Source: Eledone cirrhosa (lineage: Eukaryota). From it: a stretch of DNA of 64,000 bases. The number at the start of each line of letters is the position of its first letter. The stretch's first letter is position 1. The translations under genes were made by a program, and so were the position numbers. The notes beneath the pieces are model-generated. The model was not told the DNA's origin. It made no database searches and saw only the letters and a list, made by a program, of their open reading frames with translations. The stretch is taken from contig OZ024743.1 in assembly GCA_964016885.1 (NCBI GenBank), forward strand, positions 112,654,001 through 112,718,000. Reading direction: 5' to 3'. Below, piece by piece: positions 49,262 to 63,788 of this stretch.

Positions 49262-50664
49262 GGATGGATGGATGGATATAGATAGATAGATAGATGCCAG
49301 AGTGAACGACTGTGGAAGTAAGATAGAAAGTAGGATGCATAAATAGAGAGAGTGATAGAGAAATAGATAGATAGAGAGAGAGAGTGATATATATATATAT
49401 AGAGAGAGAGATAGAGAGAGAGAAATGATAGAGAAAAAGAAAGAGGGATAATAGAGATAGAAAGTGAATGGGGGCGCGGAGAAAGAGACAAATAGGAGAA
49501 ACAATTGACAAATAGAGCGAGAGAGGGATGAAATAGAGAAAAAAGGAGAGAGAAGAAAAGGAAAGAAAAGAAAAAAATGAAGTAAGAGAGAAAAATAGCC
49601 AAGGAGAATGAGAGAGAGAGAGACACACAGAAAGAAAAAAAGTAGGAGAGAGAGAAAAAGAAGGTGAGAGAGAGAAAGAGGGTGAGAGAGAGTGAGGGAG
49701 ACAGAGAGAGAAAGAGGGTGTGAAAGAGTGAGAGAGTGAGTGAGGGAGAGAGAGAGAGAGAAAGAGGGGGAGAAAGAGTGAGAGAGAGAGTGAGGGTGAG
49801 AGAGGGTGAGGGAGAGAGAGAGAGAAAGAGTGAGGGAGGGAAAGAGTGAGGGAGAGAGTGAGGGAGAGAGAAAGAAAGAGGGAGAGAAAGAGTGAGAGAG
49901 AGAGTGAGGGTGAGAGAGAGTGAGGGAGAGAGAGAGAGAAAGAGTGATTGAAAGAGTGAGGGAGAGAGAGAGAAAGAGTGAGAGAGAGAGTGAGTTAGAG
50001 AGAGAGAGAAAGAGGGAGAGAAAGAGTGAGGGATAGAGAGGGGGAGGATAAACGATGTGAGTAAACGTGAAGGTAACCAGGTTGTGTTTTATCATTTTAG
50101 GTTAATTAACTTCACAACGGTATATATTGATCATTTCTTTGGCAAAATACAGATAAAAGAAAAATAAAGAACACACCTGTAATCACCGTATGCTTCACAC
50201 TCATTGTATTTTACTCATTTTCATTGCACCTTGATTTTTTCTTCTTTTCTCCTCATTCTCTCTCTTTCTTTCTCTTTTTCATCGCTCATTCTCTATCTCA
50301 ATCTCTCTCGCGTTTTCTCTCTTCCTCTCTCTCGTTCTCTCTCTCGTTCTCTCTCTCTTCCTCCCTCTCTCGTTCGCCCTCTCTTCCTCTCGTTCTCTCT
50401 CACTCATTCTCTCTGTCTCTCTCTTCCTCTCGTTCTCTCTCTTCCATTCTCTCTCTCTCTTCCTCTCTCACTTCCTCTCTTCCTTTCTCTCATCCTCTCG
50501 TTCTCTCTCTTCCTCTCTCTCTCTCTCTTCCTCTCTCGTTCACTCTCCCTTCCTCTCGTTCTCACTCACTCATTCTCTCTGTCTCTCTCTTCCCCTCGTT
50601 CTCTCTCTTGCTCTCTCTCTCTCCCTCTCTCGTTCACTCTCTCTTCCTCTCTTTCTCTGTCACC

Positions 50665-50709
<45 letters not shown>

Positions 50710-51075
50710 TCTCTCACTTCCTCTCTTCCTTTCTCTCTTCCTCTCTTTCTCTCTCTTCCTCTCTCTCTCTCTCTCCCTCTCTCGTTCACTCTTTCATTCT
50801 CTCGTTCTCACTCACTCATTCTCTCTGTCTCTCTCGCTCTTCCGCTCTTTCTCTCTCGTTCTCTTCTCTCTGTCTTCCTCTCTCTCTTTCTCTCTCTCGT
50901 TCTCTCTCTTTCTCTTTCTGTGTTCACTCTTGCTCTCTCTCCCTTCCTCTCTATATATTTATTTTTCTCTCTCCCTCCCTCTATATATATATATATATAT
51001 TTATGTATTTCTCTCTCTCTCCTACTCTTTCTTTCTCCAGCTCCCTCTTTCTCCTACTCTCTCTTTCTCTCTCTA
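49058..51075. repeat. (AGAT)n, GA-rich and CT-rich low-complexity tracts
   Basis: Direct reading. Confidence 0.92.
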
Positions 51076-51189
51076 ATCTCTATATATATTTTATGTAATC
51101 TCCAACCCTATCTCTTTCTTTGTTTTTTTGTCCCGTTATTGCCCCCCCCCCTTTTGCCTCATAAAACCTCTTATTTTCCATCAATCTCA

Positions 51190-51629
51190 TCATCAACAAC
51201 AACAGCAAAAACAGCAACAGCAACAACAACAGCAACAGCAACAACAACTGCAGCAGCAACAACAACTGCAGCAGCAACAACAACTGCAGCAGCAACAACA
51301 ACAGCAACAGCAACAACAACTGCAGCAGCAACAACAACTGCAGCAGCAACAACAACTGCAGCAGCAACAACAACAGCAACAGCAACAACAACTGCAGCAG
51401 CAACAACAACTGCAGCAGCAACAACAACTGCAGCAGCAACAACAACAGCAACAGCAACAACAACAGCAACAGCAACAACAACAGCAACAGCAACAACAAC
51501 TGCAGCAGCAACAACAACTGCAGCAGCAACAACAACTGCAGCAGCAACATTAACAGTTATAATCATTTCCATTCATCATCGCTCTTCATCGTTGTCATGC
51601 TTCCCATCATCATCATCATCACATTCAAT

Positions 51630-51675
<46 letters not shown>

Positions 51676-51950
51676 CCATCAGTAGCAGCAGCATCTTCAT
51701 TATCTTCATCCTTATCAATTTCATGATAATCATCCATATTTTCATCATTATCATCACCATCATAACCGCAATCATAAACATCATCATCATCACCATTGTC
51801 ACCACCATCATCACCACCATCACCATCACCATCAGCATAAACACCATGATCATCATGATCGATATCATCATCACCATCATCACCGTCATCACCACCATCA
51901 CCAGTACAACCATAATTAGCATCACATCCATCACCACTACACCATCGCCA
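51190..51950. repeat. 18-bp CAA/CAG minisatellite followed by (CAT)n
   Basis: GCAGCAACAACAACTGCA unit. Confidence 0.9.
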
Positions 51951-52128
51951 TCATGGCTGACGGGTCTCATTGCCACCATAGTGTATCTGATCCCCCCCCC
52001 CTCTCTCTCTCTGTATGTATATATAAGAATAAACAGGCGCTGTGTGGTTGCTGGATAAGGGGTACTTATAAAATGAGGAAAGCAAGAACGGGAGAAAATT
52101 GTCCTTCATCAGTTATCTGCTGGGGATC

Positions 52129-52570
52129 TTGTGGCAGTACCGGTGGAGCATCGGACAACATGCTTTATGGCACAGAGTTACGGCCCTTTACGATCTAAGT
52201 TAAAATCCTGCCGGAGTTAGCTTTGCCTTTCATCCTTACGAGGTCGATAAAATAAAGTACCGGTAATGCACTGAGGTTGTTTAATCGACTTCCTCTCCCC
52301 CAAAAATTGTTGGTCTTGTGCTTAAATCAGAAACCATTATTCACAATAGCAGTATGGTGGTCGTTAGACAGAATCGGTAGAGCGTCGAACGAAATGTTAT
52401 TGCTGTACTTGTTCTGGTTCTTTACATTCAGAATTCAAATCCCGTCAAATTCAACTTCACCTTTCATCCTCCCGACGTTGACAATATAAAATACCAGTTA
52501 TATACGTGGGCTGATATAATCAACTTTACATTTCCGCCAAATTTTCTGTCCTAGTGCCTCAAGTAGATAT
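52129..52570 (+). mobile_element. Two tandem SINEs, the second degenerate
   Basis: Family motifs. Confidence 0.8.
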
Positions 52571-52645
52571 CAATATGGTGGATCGTCAGAATTGGTATAT
52601 CGTCGAGTTGGGTTTCATTGCAGTGTGTTTTGGCTCCTTACTTTC

Positions 52646-52647
<2 letters not shown>

Positions 52648-52725
<78 letters not shown>

Positions 52726-52774
52726 CGTGGTGGTGGTGGTGGTGGTGGTGGTGGTGGTGGTGGTGGTGGTGTTG

Positions 52775-52838
<64 letters not shown>

Positions 52839-52889
52839 ATATTGTAGTAGTAGTAGTGGTAGTAGTAGTAGCAGTAGCAGCAGCAGAGC

Positions 52890-52958
<69 letters not shown>

Positions 52959-52988
52959 GGTGGTAGATATTGTAGTAGTAGTAGTAGT

Positions 52989-53059
<71 letters not shown>

Positions 53060-53240
53060 CAATAACAGCAGCAATAACTACAAGCAATAACAGCAGCAAC
53101 ATCAATATCAGCAGCAATAACAGCAACAGCAGCAGCAACAGCAACAGCAACTGTAGCAGCACAACAGCAGCAACAGCAGCAACAGCAGCAACATCAGCAG
53201 CAACATCAGCAGCAAAGTAGCAATAACAGCAGCAGAAGCA
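52648..53240. repeat. (AGT)n/(GGT)n/(AGC)n triplet arrays
   Basis: Direct reading. Confidence 0.95.
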
Positions 53241-53354
53241 TCAACAATAAATTATCATTCATCATCAAACACCTTAATTACAATAATTACTGTTAATTAT
53301 AATCATATTCGTTATCTTCATCACCTTAATAAGTATAGCAGTCAGGATATTAAC

Positions 53355-56300
53355 CATCACCATCACCATCAACTTCACGATCACAATCAACGTCACTCTC
53401 AGCCTCATTACCATCTTTATCACCAAAACCATCACCACCACCGCCACCATAATCACCATCACCATCACCAACACCATCACCATCACCCCCACCGCCACCA
53501 TAATCACCATCACCATCACCAACACCATCACCATCACCACCACCGCCAACATAATCACCATCACCATCACATACCACCACCACCATAATCACCATCATCA
53601 TCACCGTCACCACCACCACCAACATAATCACCATCAACATCATCATCATCATCATCACCATAATCACCATCAACAACACCATCACCATCACCTCCACCGC
53701 CAGTATAATCACCATCACCATCGCCATCACCACCACCGCCACTATAATCACCATCACCATCACCATCATCACCACCATAATCACCATCACCATCACCATC
53801 ACCATCACCATAATCACCATCACCATCACCACCACCGCCAACATAATCACCATCATCATCACCATCACCATCATCACCACCATAATCACCATCACCATCA
53901 CCATCATCACCGCCATAATGACCATCATCATCACCATCACCACTACCACCACCATAATCACCATCACCATCACCCCCACCGCCACCATAATCACCATCAC
54001 CATCACCAACACCATCACCATCACCACCACCGCCAACATAATCACCATCATCATCATCATCACCATCATCACCACCATAATCACCATCACCATCACCATC
54101 ATCGCCACCATAATCACCATCACCATCACCATCACCACCACCACCACCATAATCACCATCACCATCACCACCACCGCCAACATAATCACGATCATCATCA
54201 CCATCACCATCATCACCACCATAATCACCATCACCATCACCATCACCACCACCACCACTATAATCTACATCACCATCACCATCACCGCCACCATAATCAC
54301 CATCACCATCACAATCATCACCACCATAATCACCATCATCATCACCATCACCACCACCGCCACTATAATCACCATCACCATCACCATCACCCCCACCGCC
54401 ACCATAATCACCATCACCATCACCCACACCGCCACCATAATCACCATCACCATCACCAACACCATCACCGTCACCACCAACGCCAACATAATCACCATCA
54501 CCATCACCACCACCGCCAACATAATCACCATCACCATCACCACCACCGCCAACATAATCACCATCATCATCATCATCACCATCATCACCACCATAATCAC
54601 CATCACCATCACCATCACCACCACCAACACCATAATCACCATCACCATCACCACCACCGCCACCATAATGACCATCACCATCACCATCATCACCATCATA
54701 ATCACCATCATCATCACCATCACCACCACCGCCACTATAATCACCATCACCATCACCATCACCACCATCACCACCATAATCACCATCACCATCACATACT
54801 ACCACCACCATAATCACCATCATCATCACCGTCACCACCACCACCAACATAATCACCATCAACATCATCATCATCATCATCACCATAATCACCATCAACA
54901 ACACCATCACCATCACCTCCACCGCCAGTATAATCACCATCACCATCGCCATCACCACCACCGCCACTATAATCACCATCACCATCACCACCACCGCCAA
55001 CATAATCACCATCATCATCACCATCACCATCATCACCACCATAATCACCATCACCATCACCATCATCACCGCCATAATGACCATCATCATCACCATCACC
55101 ACTACCACCACCATAATCACCATCACCATCACCCCCACCGCCACCATAATCACCATCACCATCACCACCACCGCCAACATAATCACCATCATCATCATCA
55201 TCACCATCATCACCACCATAATCACCATCACCATCACCATCACCACCACCAACACCATAATCACCATCACCATCACCACCACCGCCACCATAATGACCAT
55301 CACCATCACCATCATCCCCATCATAATCACCATCATCATCACCATCACCACCACCGCCACTATAATCACCATCACCATCACCATCACCACCATCACCACC
55401 ATAATCACCATCACCATCACATACTACCACCACCATAATCACCATCATCATCACCGTCACCACCACCACCAACATAATCACCATCAACATCATCATCATC
55501 ATCATCACCATAATCACCATCAACAACACCATCACCATCACCTCCACCGCCAGTATAATCACCATCACCATCGCCATCACCACCACCGCCACTATAATCA
55601 CCATCACCATCACCATCATCACCACCATAATCACCATCACCATCACCATCACCATCACCATAATCACCATCACCATCACCACCACCGCCAACATAATCAC
55701 CATCATCATCACCATCACCATCATCACCACCATAATCAGCATCACCATCACCATCATCACCGCCATAATGACCGTCATCATCACCATCACCACTACCACC
55801 ACCATAATCACCATCACCATCACCCCCACCGCCACCATAATCACCATCACCATCACCAACACCATCACCATCACCACCACCGCCAACATAATCACCATCA
55901 CCATCACCATCATCACCACCATAATCACCATCACCATCACCATCACCATCACCATAATCACCATCACCATCACCACCACCGCCAACATAATCACCATCAT
56001 CATCACCATCACCATCATCACCACCATAATCACCATCACCATCACCATCATCACCGCCATAATGACCATCATCATCACCATCACCACTACCACCACCATA
56101 ATGACCATCACCATCACCCCCACCGCCACCATAATCACCATCACCAACACCATCACCATCACCACCACCGCCAACATAATCACCATCACCATCACCATCA
56201 TCACCACCATAATCACCATCACCATCACCATCACCATCACCATAATCACCATCACCATCACCATCACCATCATCACCACCATAATCACCATCACCGTCAC

Positions 56301-57250
56301 CATCAACACCATCACCGTCACCACCAACGCCAACATAATCACCATAATCACCATCACCATCACCATCACCACCATCACCATCATCATCATCACCAACACC
56401 ATCACCATCACCATAATCACCATCACCATCAACATCACCACCACCACCACCATAATCACCATCACCATCACCATCATCACCACCATAATCACCATCATCA
56501 TCACCATCATCTTCACCATCACCGCCACAATAATCACCATCACCTCCACCGCCACCATAATCACCATTGCCATAGTCATAACCATCACCACCACCACCGC
56601 CACCATAATCACCATCACCATCACCACCACCGCCACTATAATCACCATCACCATCACCAACACCATCACCATCACCACCATGATCACCATCACCACCACC
56701 GCCACTATAATCACCATCATCATCATCATCATCACCATCACCACCACCGCCACTATAATCACCATCACCATCATCATCATCATCATCACCATCACCACCA
56801 CCACCGCTACCATAATCACCATCACCATCACCATCACCACCAACGCCACTATAATCACCATCACCATCACCACCACCACCACCATAATCACCATCACCAT
56901 CATCATCATCATCATCATCATCACCATCACCTTCACCACCACCACCGCTACCATAATCACCATCACCATCACCATTACCATCACCACCACTGCCACCATA
57001 ATCACCATCACCATCACCATCACCACCGCCATCACCACCACCACCACCACCATCATCATCACCATTCATAGCGCCATCACCACCACCACCAACGCCACCA
57101 TAATCACCATCACCATCAACATCGCCATCACCACCACCACCACCACCACCACCAACATCATCATCACCATCCTCATCACTATTACCATGTTCTTCACTAT
57201 CACGTCATCATCATCATGACCATAACCATCACCATCAACATCACCATCAC
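53355..57250. repeat. CAC/CAT-derived ~27-30-bp minisatellite with higher-order duplications
   Basis: ATAATCACCATCACC units; the marker CACATAC..CACCGTCACC recurs near 53568, 54793 and 55418. Confidence 0.92.
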
Positions 57251-57590
57251 CATCACCATCAACATCACCATCAACAACATCTTAATAAATATAGCAATTA
57301 TGATATAACCATCACCATCACCATAACCACCACCATCACCATCAACATCACCATCAACATCTTAATAAATATAGCAATTATGATATAACCATCACCATCA
57401 CCATAAGCCCCATCATCACCATCAACATCACCATCAACATCTTAATAAATATAGCAATTATGATATAACTATCACCATCACCATAACCCCCACCATCACC
57501 ATCAACATCACCATCAACATCTTAATAAATATAGCAATTATGATATAACTATCACCATCACCATAACCACCACCATCACCATCAACATTA
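57250..57590. repeat. 80-bp tandem repeat, 4 copies
   Basis: CTTAATAAATATAGCAATTATG at 57281, 57361, 57441 and 57521. Confidence 0.92.
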
Positions 57591-57647
57591 TCATTAGCAT
57601 CAGCTTCCTCATCATAAACACCAGCATCCTTAGAACTATCATAATTA

Positions 57648-57740
57648 TCGTGTTTGTATTTCTTTTGAAAGATTCTTGATATGAAATTGAGTGTTGAAAC
57701 AAATGTGGTTATACTTTGTGATGGTCATGCTGCGAATATA
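57648..57740 (-). mobile_element. Diverged solo copy of the Nematis-like tail
   Basis: Homologous to ~5345-5433. Confidence 0.75.
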
Positions 57741-57788
57741 TAAAACACAGACACAAACACACACACACTCATACACACACACACACGC

Positions 57789-57828
<40 letters not shown>

Positions 57829-57870
57829 ACTCACACACACACACACACGCACACACAAACACACACACGC

Positions 57871-57914
<44 letters not shown>

Positions 57915-58129
57915 ATACACACGCGGCAGTAAAGTTTTACTATTAGTCGGGTAACTAACCCATTACTTGATTAGTTTAATAACCAGATGGCTTTGTAATT
58001 GTCCTATTTGAGTGTCAAATCGCTTTCGTCACAAATTATGTGACATTCTCGATGATAGAATAAATAAAACAAAATCAAATCAAAGCTGAGAACAGAGGTT
58101 TAAGAATTGCCATTCAAAAGGTAGCATAT

Positions 58130-58290
58130 TTTGTGGAAACTCGTGTCCTTGACCTTGGGATCACCTCCCTACACACCACCATCGCCACAGAGTTGGCTAC
58201 CCGCGGGTGTGAGCCTCGCGAGTTGGAATGGCTCTCCCAGTGCGTCTCCCTCACCATCCTCCGAGGAAACGTCCTCTCTACTCTATCCGC
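58130..58290 (+). pseudogene. CRE-like RLE C-terminal fragment (second family)
   Basis: VET....ATRGCEPRELEWLSQCVSLTILRGNVLS. Confidence 0.6.
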
Positions 58291-58409
58291 CGGGGCTGAG
58301 GGGCGGCCAGCGCGTGGGTCACCATTTGCTTACAATAGTGAGAGATGGAGAGAGTCGGAGAGCCGAAGCCAGTGACAGTGGGAGTTTCTTTCAATTGTGT
58401 TCGGACCTG

Positions 58410-58594
58410 GTGGATTGGCAGTATCAGGAGAGGGTCGGACGCCATGCTTTCCAGCATAGTTACGTCCCTTTACGATCTGAGTTCAAATCCTGCCGAGGTT
58501 GACTTTGCCTTTCATCCTTACGGGGTCGATAAAATAAAGTACCAGTAATGCACTGGTTAATTGCTGGCCTTGTGCCTAAAGTAGAAACAATTAT
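58410..58594 (+). mobile_element. tRNA-derived SINE
   Basis: Nearly identical to 5634-5816. Confidence 0.92.
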
Positions 58595-58710
58595 CTATTT
58601 ACCATACCAAATTAACTGTATGTGTGACGAAACAGATTTTACAATCAAATATGACTATCATAAAACCATCCAGTTACTAAACTAACATTGCATTATTTTA
58701 ACAGCCGGAT

Positions 58711-58925
58711 ACTGGTACTTTATTTTATCGACCCCGTAAGGATGAAAGGCAAAGTTTAACCTCGGCGGGATTTGAACTCAGACCATAAAGAGTTATGGCC
58801 CTTTATGGTCTGAGTTCAAATCCCGCCGAGGTTAAGTTTGCCTTTCATCCTTACGGGGTCTATAAAATAAAGTACCAGTAATGCACTGGATAATTGCTGG
58901 CCTTGTGCCAAAAGTAGAAACAATC
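58711..58925 (+). mobile_element. SINE with an inverted duplicated head (hairpin SINE)
   Basis: Arms 58711-58790 and 58801-58879; imperfect 19-bp TSD at 58692-58710 and 58923-58941. Confidence 0.85.
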
Positions 58926-58941
58926 ATTTTAGCAGCCGGAT

Positions 58942-59635
58942 GGTTGTTTAATTGTCATATATATTTTTAATTTTCTAAACGCTTTCGTCACAACCTGTGA
59001 CTTTCTCAATGACTATTCTTGCTCATCGGTGTTACCTAAATGTTCTGATCTCGTTGTATTTATTCCATCTTTTATTTTTGTGGCGTGTGTATGTCATCTG
59101 CGTATTTGTGTGTGTTCGTGTCTCTGTCTGTAAGCAGCTTTGTGTACTGCTACTTCTATGGGATTCTGTATTTAGCATGTCTATGCAAATGTGAATGTGT
59201 ACCTGTTCATGTGTGTGTGTCTTTACGTCTTGTCTCTCCTTCGAGATTTTGCGCACTTATCTGTCTTTCCATTCTTATCCTTTTCGCTTGTCATTAGGTA
59301 GTTATTTTTCTATTGTATTTTATGGTGGGGATGTGTCTCTCTGTGCATCCTTTGAAATTTGTTCTTTTGGGGTTCTTATATTGTTCTCAATCGCTTGGTT
59401 GTAGTATTGAGGTTATTCCATTCATGTTTCCTATTGATGTTAGGTTTACATTCTGTTATACGTGTGACTTCCTTAATCTGTCTGAACATTGATATCTGTT
59501 ATTTGTGTAGATATAATTTCTATTTCAATATTTTCTGATGAGAACCTTGCCCTTGCTCTAGTTTGATATGACGGTAGAGCATTGACGAGCTTTATCCTTT
59601 ATCCCTTCTTCTATATTGCGAGCCATTTCTCCTAT
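58942..59635 (-). pseudogene. Old Nematis-like PLE 3' end: GIY-YIG C-terminus, UTR and hammerhead remnant
   Basis: SSMLYRHIKLE, ENIEIEII, MFRQIKE..KPNINRKHEWN at 59400-59600; TTGAGAA-A-GTCACA/TGTGAC-GAAA near 58980-59010. Confidence 0.78.
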
Positions 59636-59636
59636 G

Positions 59637-60140
59637 TACGAGGTGTGTCAGAAAAGTTCCAGGACTGATGTCACAAAAGTTTTATTTCAAACCCAAACTT
59701 CACACTAAGAGTTTTCTCCTTCAAAGTAATCCCCTGGAGTATGTAACTGTAATCTTAGCTCTCTTCAGCGATCAAACTTTTTTCTTCATAATTTTATATA
59801 CATGTCCTCTGTTTTCAGAGCAACGAACAAACTTGAAGTTTCTGGTACGGTTGGGTAAAACTCCGTCAGAAGCACTGGGATTGCTGCAGCAAGTGTATGG
59901 AGATGAGACGATGTCACGCTAACGTGTTTTTGAGTGGTGCAAGATGACCCCAGGAGCGGAAGGCACCAAACAACCAGGACTGAGGTCAACGTTGAGCGCG
60001 TGGGGCAGATGGTGCGTAGCGATCGTCAGCTGACTGTTCGACTGATGGCAAAGGAGCTGGGCATGAATCGGGACAGCGTCTGGAAGATTCTCACTGAAGA
60101 TTTGGACATGCGGAAAGTCTGCGCGAAGATGGTGCACAAC
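59637..60140 (+). pseudogene. Mariner transposon 5' remnant
   Basis: TA plus CGAGGTGTGTCAGAAAAGTTCC TIR-like start; EQRTNLKFLVRLGKTPSEA..VYGDE, DDPRSGR, DRQLTVR, ILTEDLDMRKVCAKMV. Confidence 0.88.
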
Positions 60141-60394
60141 CCCCCCCCCCCCCCCCCCGCGCTTGCCCCCGCTGAACATTTTTTCCCTTCGATTTTTCGA
60201 TTTATATGAAATTTAAACCATTCGTAAAGGACAAGATATGATGCCTATTCACAAAATTGCAGCAAATTTCAATAATATTAAGACACCCCAATGGGGGTTA
60301 AACCCCCTATAGTGAAAATGTTGGAAGTCCATAACTCGAGTATTAGAACCTCTATTATCACGGGGTTTTTCTATTAGTTAAACTTAAATCAACA

Positions 60395-60589
60395 AAGAGG
60401 TCACAGAGTGTGTGACGAAAGAACTATGACTATATATATATAAACAACTATCTGGTTGTGGAACCAACCAACCAACCAGAAATTTATAAATTTGTAAATT
60501 TATAAATATATAATAAATTAAATTGAAGTGAAAGCAACTGGTGCGTGTGTTTCTTATTGGCAACATGACCCTCCCAAAGTATAACAATA
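60395..60589 (+). mobile_element. Solo Nematis-like pLTR
   Basis: Matches 5177-5378. Confidence 0.9.
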
Positions 60590-60822
60590 ACAAAAAAAGC
60601 ACTTCTCTTTTATAGTAAAATTTGGCTAATTTAGACATTTTATCTATGGCAAAACATCACTAGAATTATAACAACAAAAATTATTAGTTAATGGCTCTAC
60701 TTTTTTAACATTTTCCCTTTATTTTTTTCTCCAGAAATTATATCACTGATTAAAAATCAATCATCATTTTCTTACAAAAAAAAATGTGTGAAACGCAGCA
60801 AGGCGCCAGTAATTCGACTAGT
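60590..60822 (+). mobile_element. Possible Helitron 3' end
   Basis: CGCAGCAAGGCGC...CTAG|T at 60818-60822, followed by a TCTACATAAT start-like motif. Confidence 0.4.
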
Positions 60823-61291
60823 ATATATATCTACATAATGCTAAAGTACAAGTTAGGCTAAACGCTAACCGAACCTTAAAGCAGAACCTGAAGGGATTAT
60901 CTTAAATTTGCAGCTGCAGTGTCTGTGCAGCAGGTGTAGGTGAATAGATGCGACGCGTTATTTGTATATTAGTGGGTTAGAAGGGGTCAGCTGAAAGGAC
61001 CTTGAGAAAATATCGTAGACATTTTGTTCAATCAAAAGTAATAAGAATGCTGAATCAAACTGGCACTTGGCAGCTGATTCCATAAGCACATTCATAGCCG
61101 CAGTCTCTTCATTTACTTGCCTTCACTTCACTTCGTTTGCTGCATGATTTATAGACAAACACCAATACATAATGCCTGGGTATGGTGACAGTGTCTAAAT
61201 AGATGTATGTGTATTTATTCTATGTACTGTATGTCGGTACATCTTTCATATGGTTATGTATTTGTGTATGTATGTGTATTAATAAATATTA

Positions 61292-61323
<32 letters not shown>

Positions 61324-61338
61324 ATGTGTATGTGTGTG

Positions 61339-61411
<73 letters not shown>

Positions 61412-61437
61412 TTTATATACACATATGCATGTATGAC

Positions 61438-61518
<81 letters not shown>

Positions 61519-61573
61519 CACATATGCATGTATGAATATATATTTGAATATATATATGCGTGTGTGTGTGCGC

Positions 61574-61655
<82 letters not shown>

Positions 61656-62478
61656 ATACACAAGCACACATGCCACTGTCCCTAACTGGATCTTTTATAT
61701 ATTTTCAATGTTCTCGTCTCCCTCCTACCACTCCCCTTCCACTTCCCTTTCCTATACCTATATATGTATCTATCTTTGTGACATTTTGATTCGTTTGCGT
61801 ATTTTATTTATGGTCTCGGCCAGAGATATATATAATATAATATAATGTAATATAAGATAATATACATACATGGCCTGTAGTCGGAGATCTATCTTCGAAC
61901 CTTAATTTCCTGATGTTTAATCTTCATACTCTGTTTTAGTTGCTATTCCTCACATCACTTGCTGCCAATATAGCCCTTGAGCATCTTTCAGCCCTCGTTT
62001 ATATCATCTGGCATTACATTTTCCTATTCTTGCATTCCACTATTCCTTCAGCGACTTCAGTCAGTTACATTAATTACTATAAATGCCTTCTGACAATACA
62101 TGAACGGCTCTAAGAATACATTGGAAGAGTTTTACCATGGACGGTGATAAAATATATAAAGAAAATTATTTACAAAATTGTTCACCTGCTTCTTTCCTGA
62201 AAATGGGGAAACATCGTTTGTGACTTGCTTTATCTATTTATTTATTTATTTACGTATTTATTTATTTATTTTGATGCTGTTATCGCTGTTGTTGGTGTTG
62301 GTGTTGGTCTTGTTGGTGTTGTTGGTGTTATTGTTGTTGCTGTTGTTTTTATTGTTGCCCGTGCTGGTGTTTTTATTGTTGTTGTTGCTGTTAGTGTATT
62401 TACTTATTTCACTAATATTTTGCTTTCTGAAAAACATTGCTCTCATCTCACAGCCAGACGTTGTCTATATCATATATG

Positions 62479-62543
<65 letters not shown>

Positions 62544-62544
<1 letters not shown>

Positions 62545-62716
62545 ACAAAGAAGGTGTGGTTAGATACCAGATGGACCATAACGCACCAGAGTACTCGATA
62601 CTTAGGGTAGTAGAGTGGGTAATAGAAAAAGAGTCACGACTCCAACGGCTGCGCTCGGCCGTTTCGACAGCTAGATCTGACACCAACGGACGGAGCTCAG
62701 CCGTCGGGGTCCTGAC

Positions 62717-62722
<6 letters not shown>
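62544..62722 (-). mobile_element. Family A mini-PLE insertion (older)
   Basis: Reverse-complement tail plus diverged arms in (TA)n. Confidence 0.85.
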
Positions 62723-62768
<46 letters not shown>

Positions 62769-63167
62769 GGGTGGGGGTATGTATGCATATATATATATAT
62801 ATACGTGTGTGTGTGCATATGCCTGTGCGCATGTTCGTGCGTTTGTATATGTATATATATATATTATATATATATGATGTGTATATTAAACATACAAGAG
62901 GCTATCTATGAATATGTTAAGCTGTGATCATGTCACGGCTATCGTGTTACTAAAATATCTGTGACATGATCACAGTTCAAATATTCATAGTGAGACATTT
63001 GAATGGTGCTTATACATAAAGATATCGTATATGCCTTCATATACAACATTATTATATATACATACATGTATATACGTATATATATCATCATCATCATCGT
63101 CGTTGTTTACGGTTATTTTCCAATAATGTTGATGATAACACGCATACACACACATATTGTATATATA

Positions 63168-63788
63168 TAACTTAAAATGCGGTGGGAATAGGAAGAAAGC
63201 AAGAACAGGAGGGGGGGGGGGGTTCCTCATCAGTTGTCTACTGGGGGTCTAGGATATTTATACGCGTTAAAGACAAGATACCACTTCACCCCAGGGCGTC
63301 AATAACTGGATAAGTTACTGGGAAAAGGAGTGAAGGAAAGCAGAGGGGAAGAATAGAGAAACAGTAACAAAACAGCGAAAAAAAACACAAACCAGCCAAT
63401 GTGCGAGCAACTATAGGTAGGAAATCCAAGACCATTCGATAATAGAACTTAAGTTCGAGACCGAGTAATCGAGAGAAAGAAGACACACGTCTGGTGGCCG
63501 CAGTTGTAAGTGAGAAGAGAACTGCTAAACGGTCAGACGAGGTGGTAAAAGTGAGAGGGAGAAAGGGAGAGGAAGAAAGTGGGGTAAGTGTAGATAGGAA
63601 GAAACGGGGGCAGAAAGAGGGGTGAGAGAGGAAAGTGGCGAAATAAGAAGGTAGAAGGGAGAGAAGAATGGTCACAGCGAAAAACATGATGAAATATATG
63701 GAGAATAGAAATGGCTGTGTAGTTTCTATTTAAGTTAACTTAAAATGCAGTGAGAATACGAAGAAAGCAAGAACGGGGGGGGGGCTCC
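63168..63788 (-). mobile_element. Probable PLE-derived fragment with direct terminal repeats
   Basis: TAACTTAAAATGC..GAAGAAAGCAAGAAC at ~63168 and ~63736; CTGATGA on minus near 63227-63233; related piece at ~52070-52127. Confidence 0.45.

Noticed and set aside
49610-51075. GA-rich then CT-rich tracts as a large inverted repeat
   Set aside because: Only compositional complementarity; no unique sequence pairing seen.
53274-57219. His-rich, Met/Val-rich and Gly/Asp-rich ORFs of 300-750 aa
   Set aside because: Open in several frames on both strands, with frameshifts at duplicated blocks; triplet-repeat artefact.
57250-57590. CRISPR-like regularly spaced repeats
   Set aside because: Intervening sequences are near-identical and the context is eukaryotic with no cas genes; ordinary tandem repeat.
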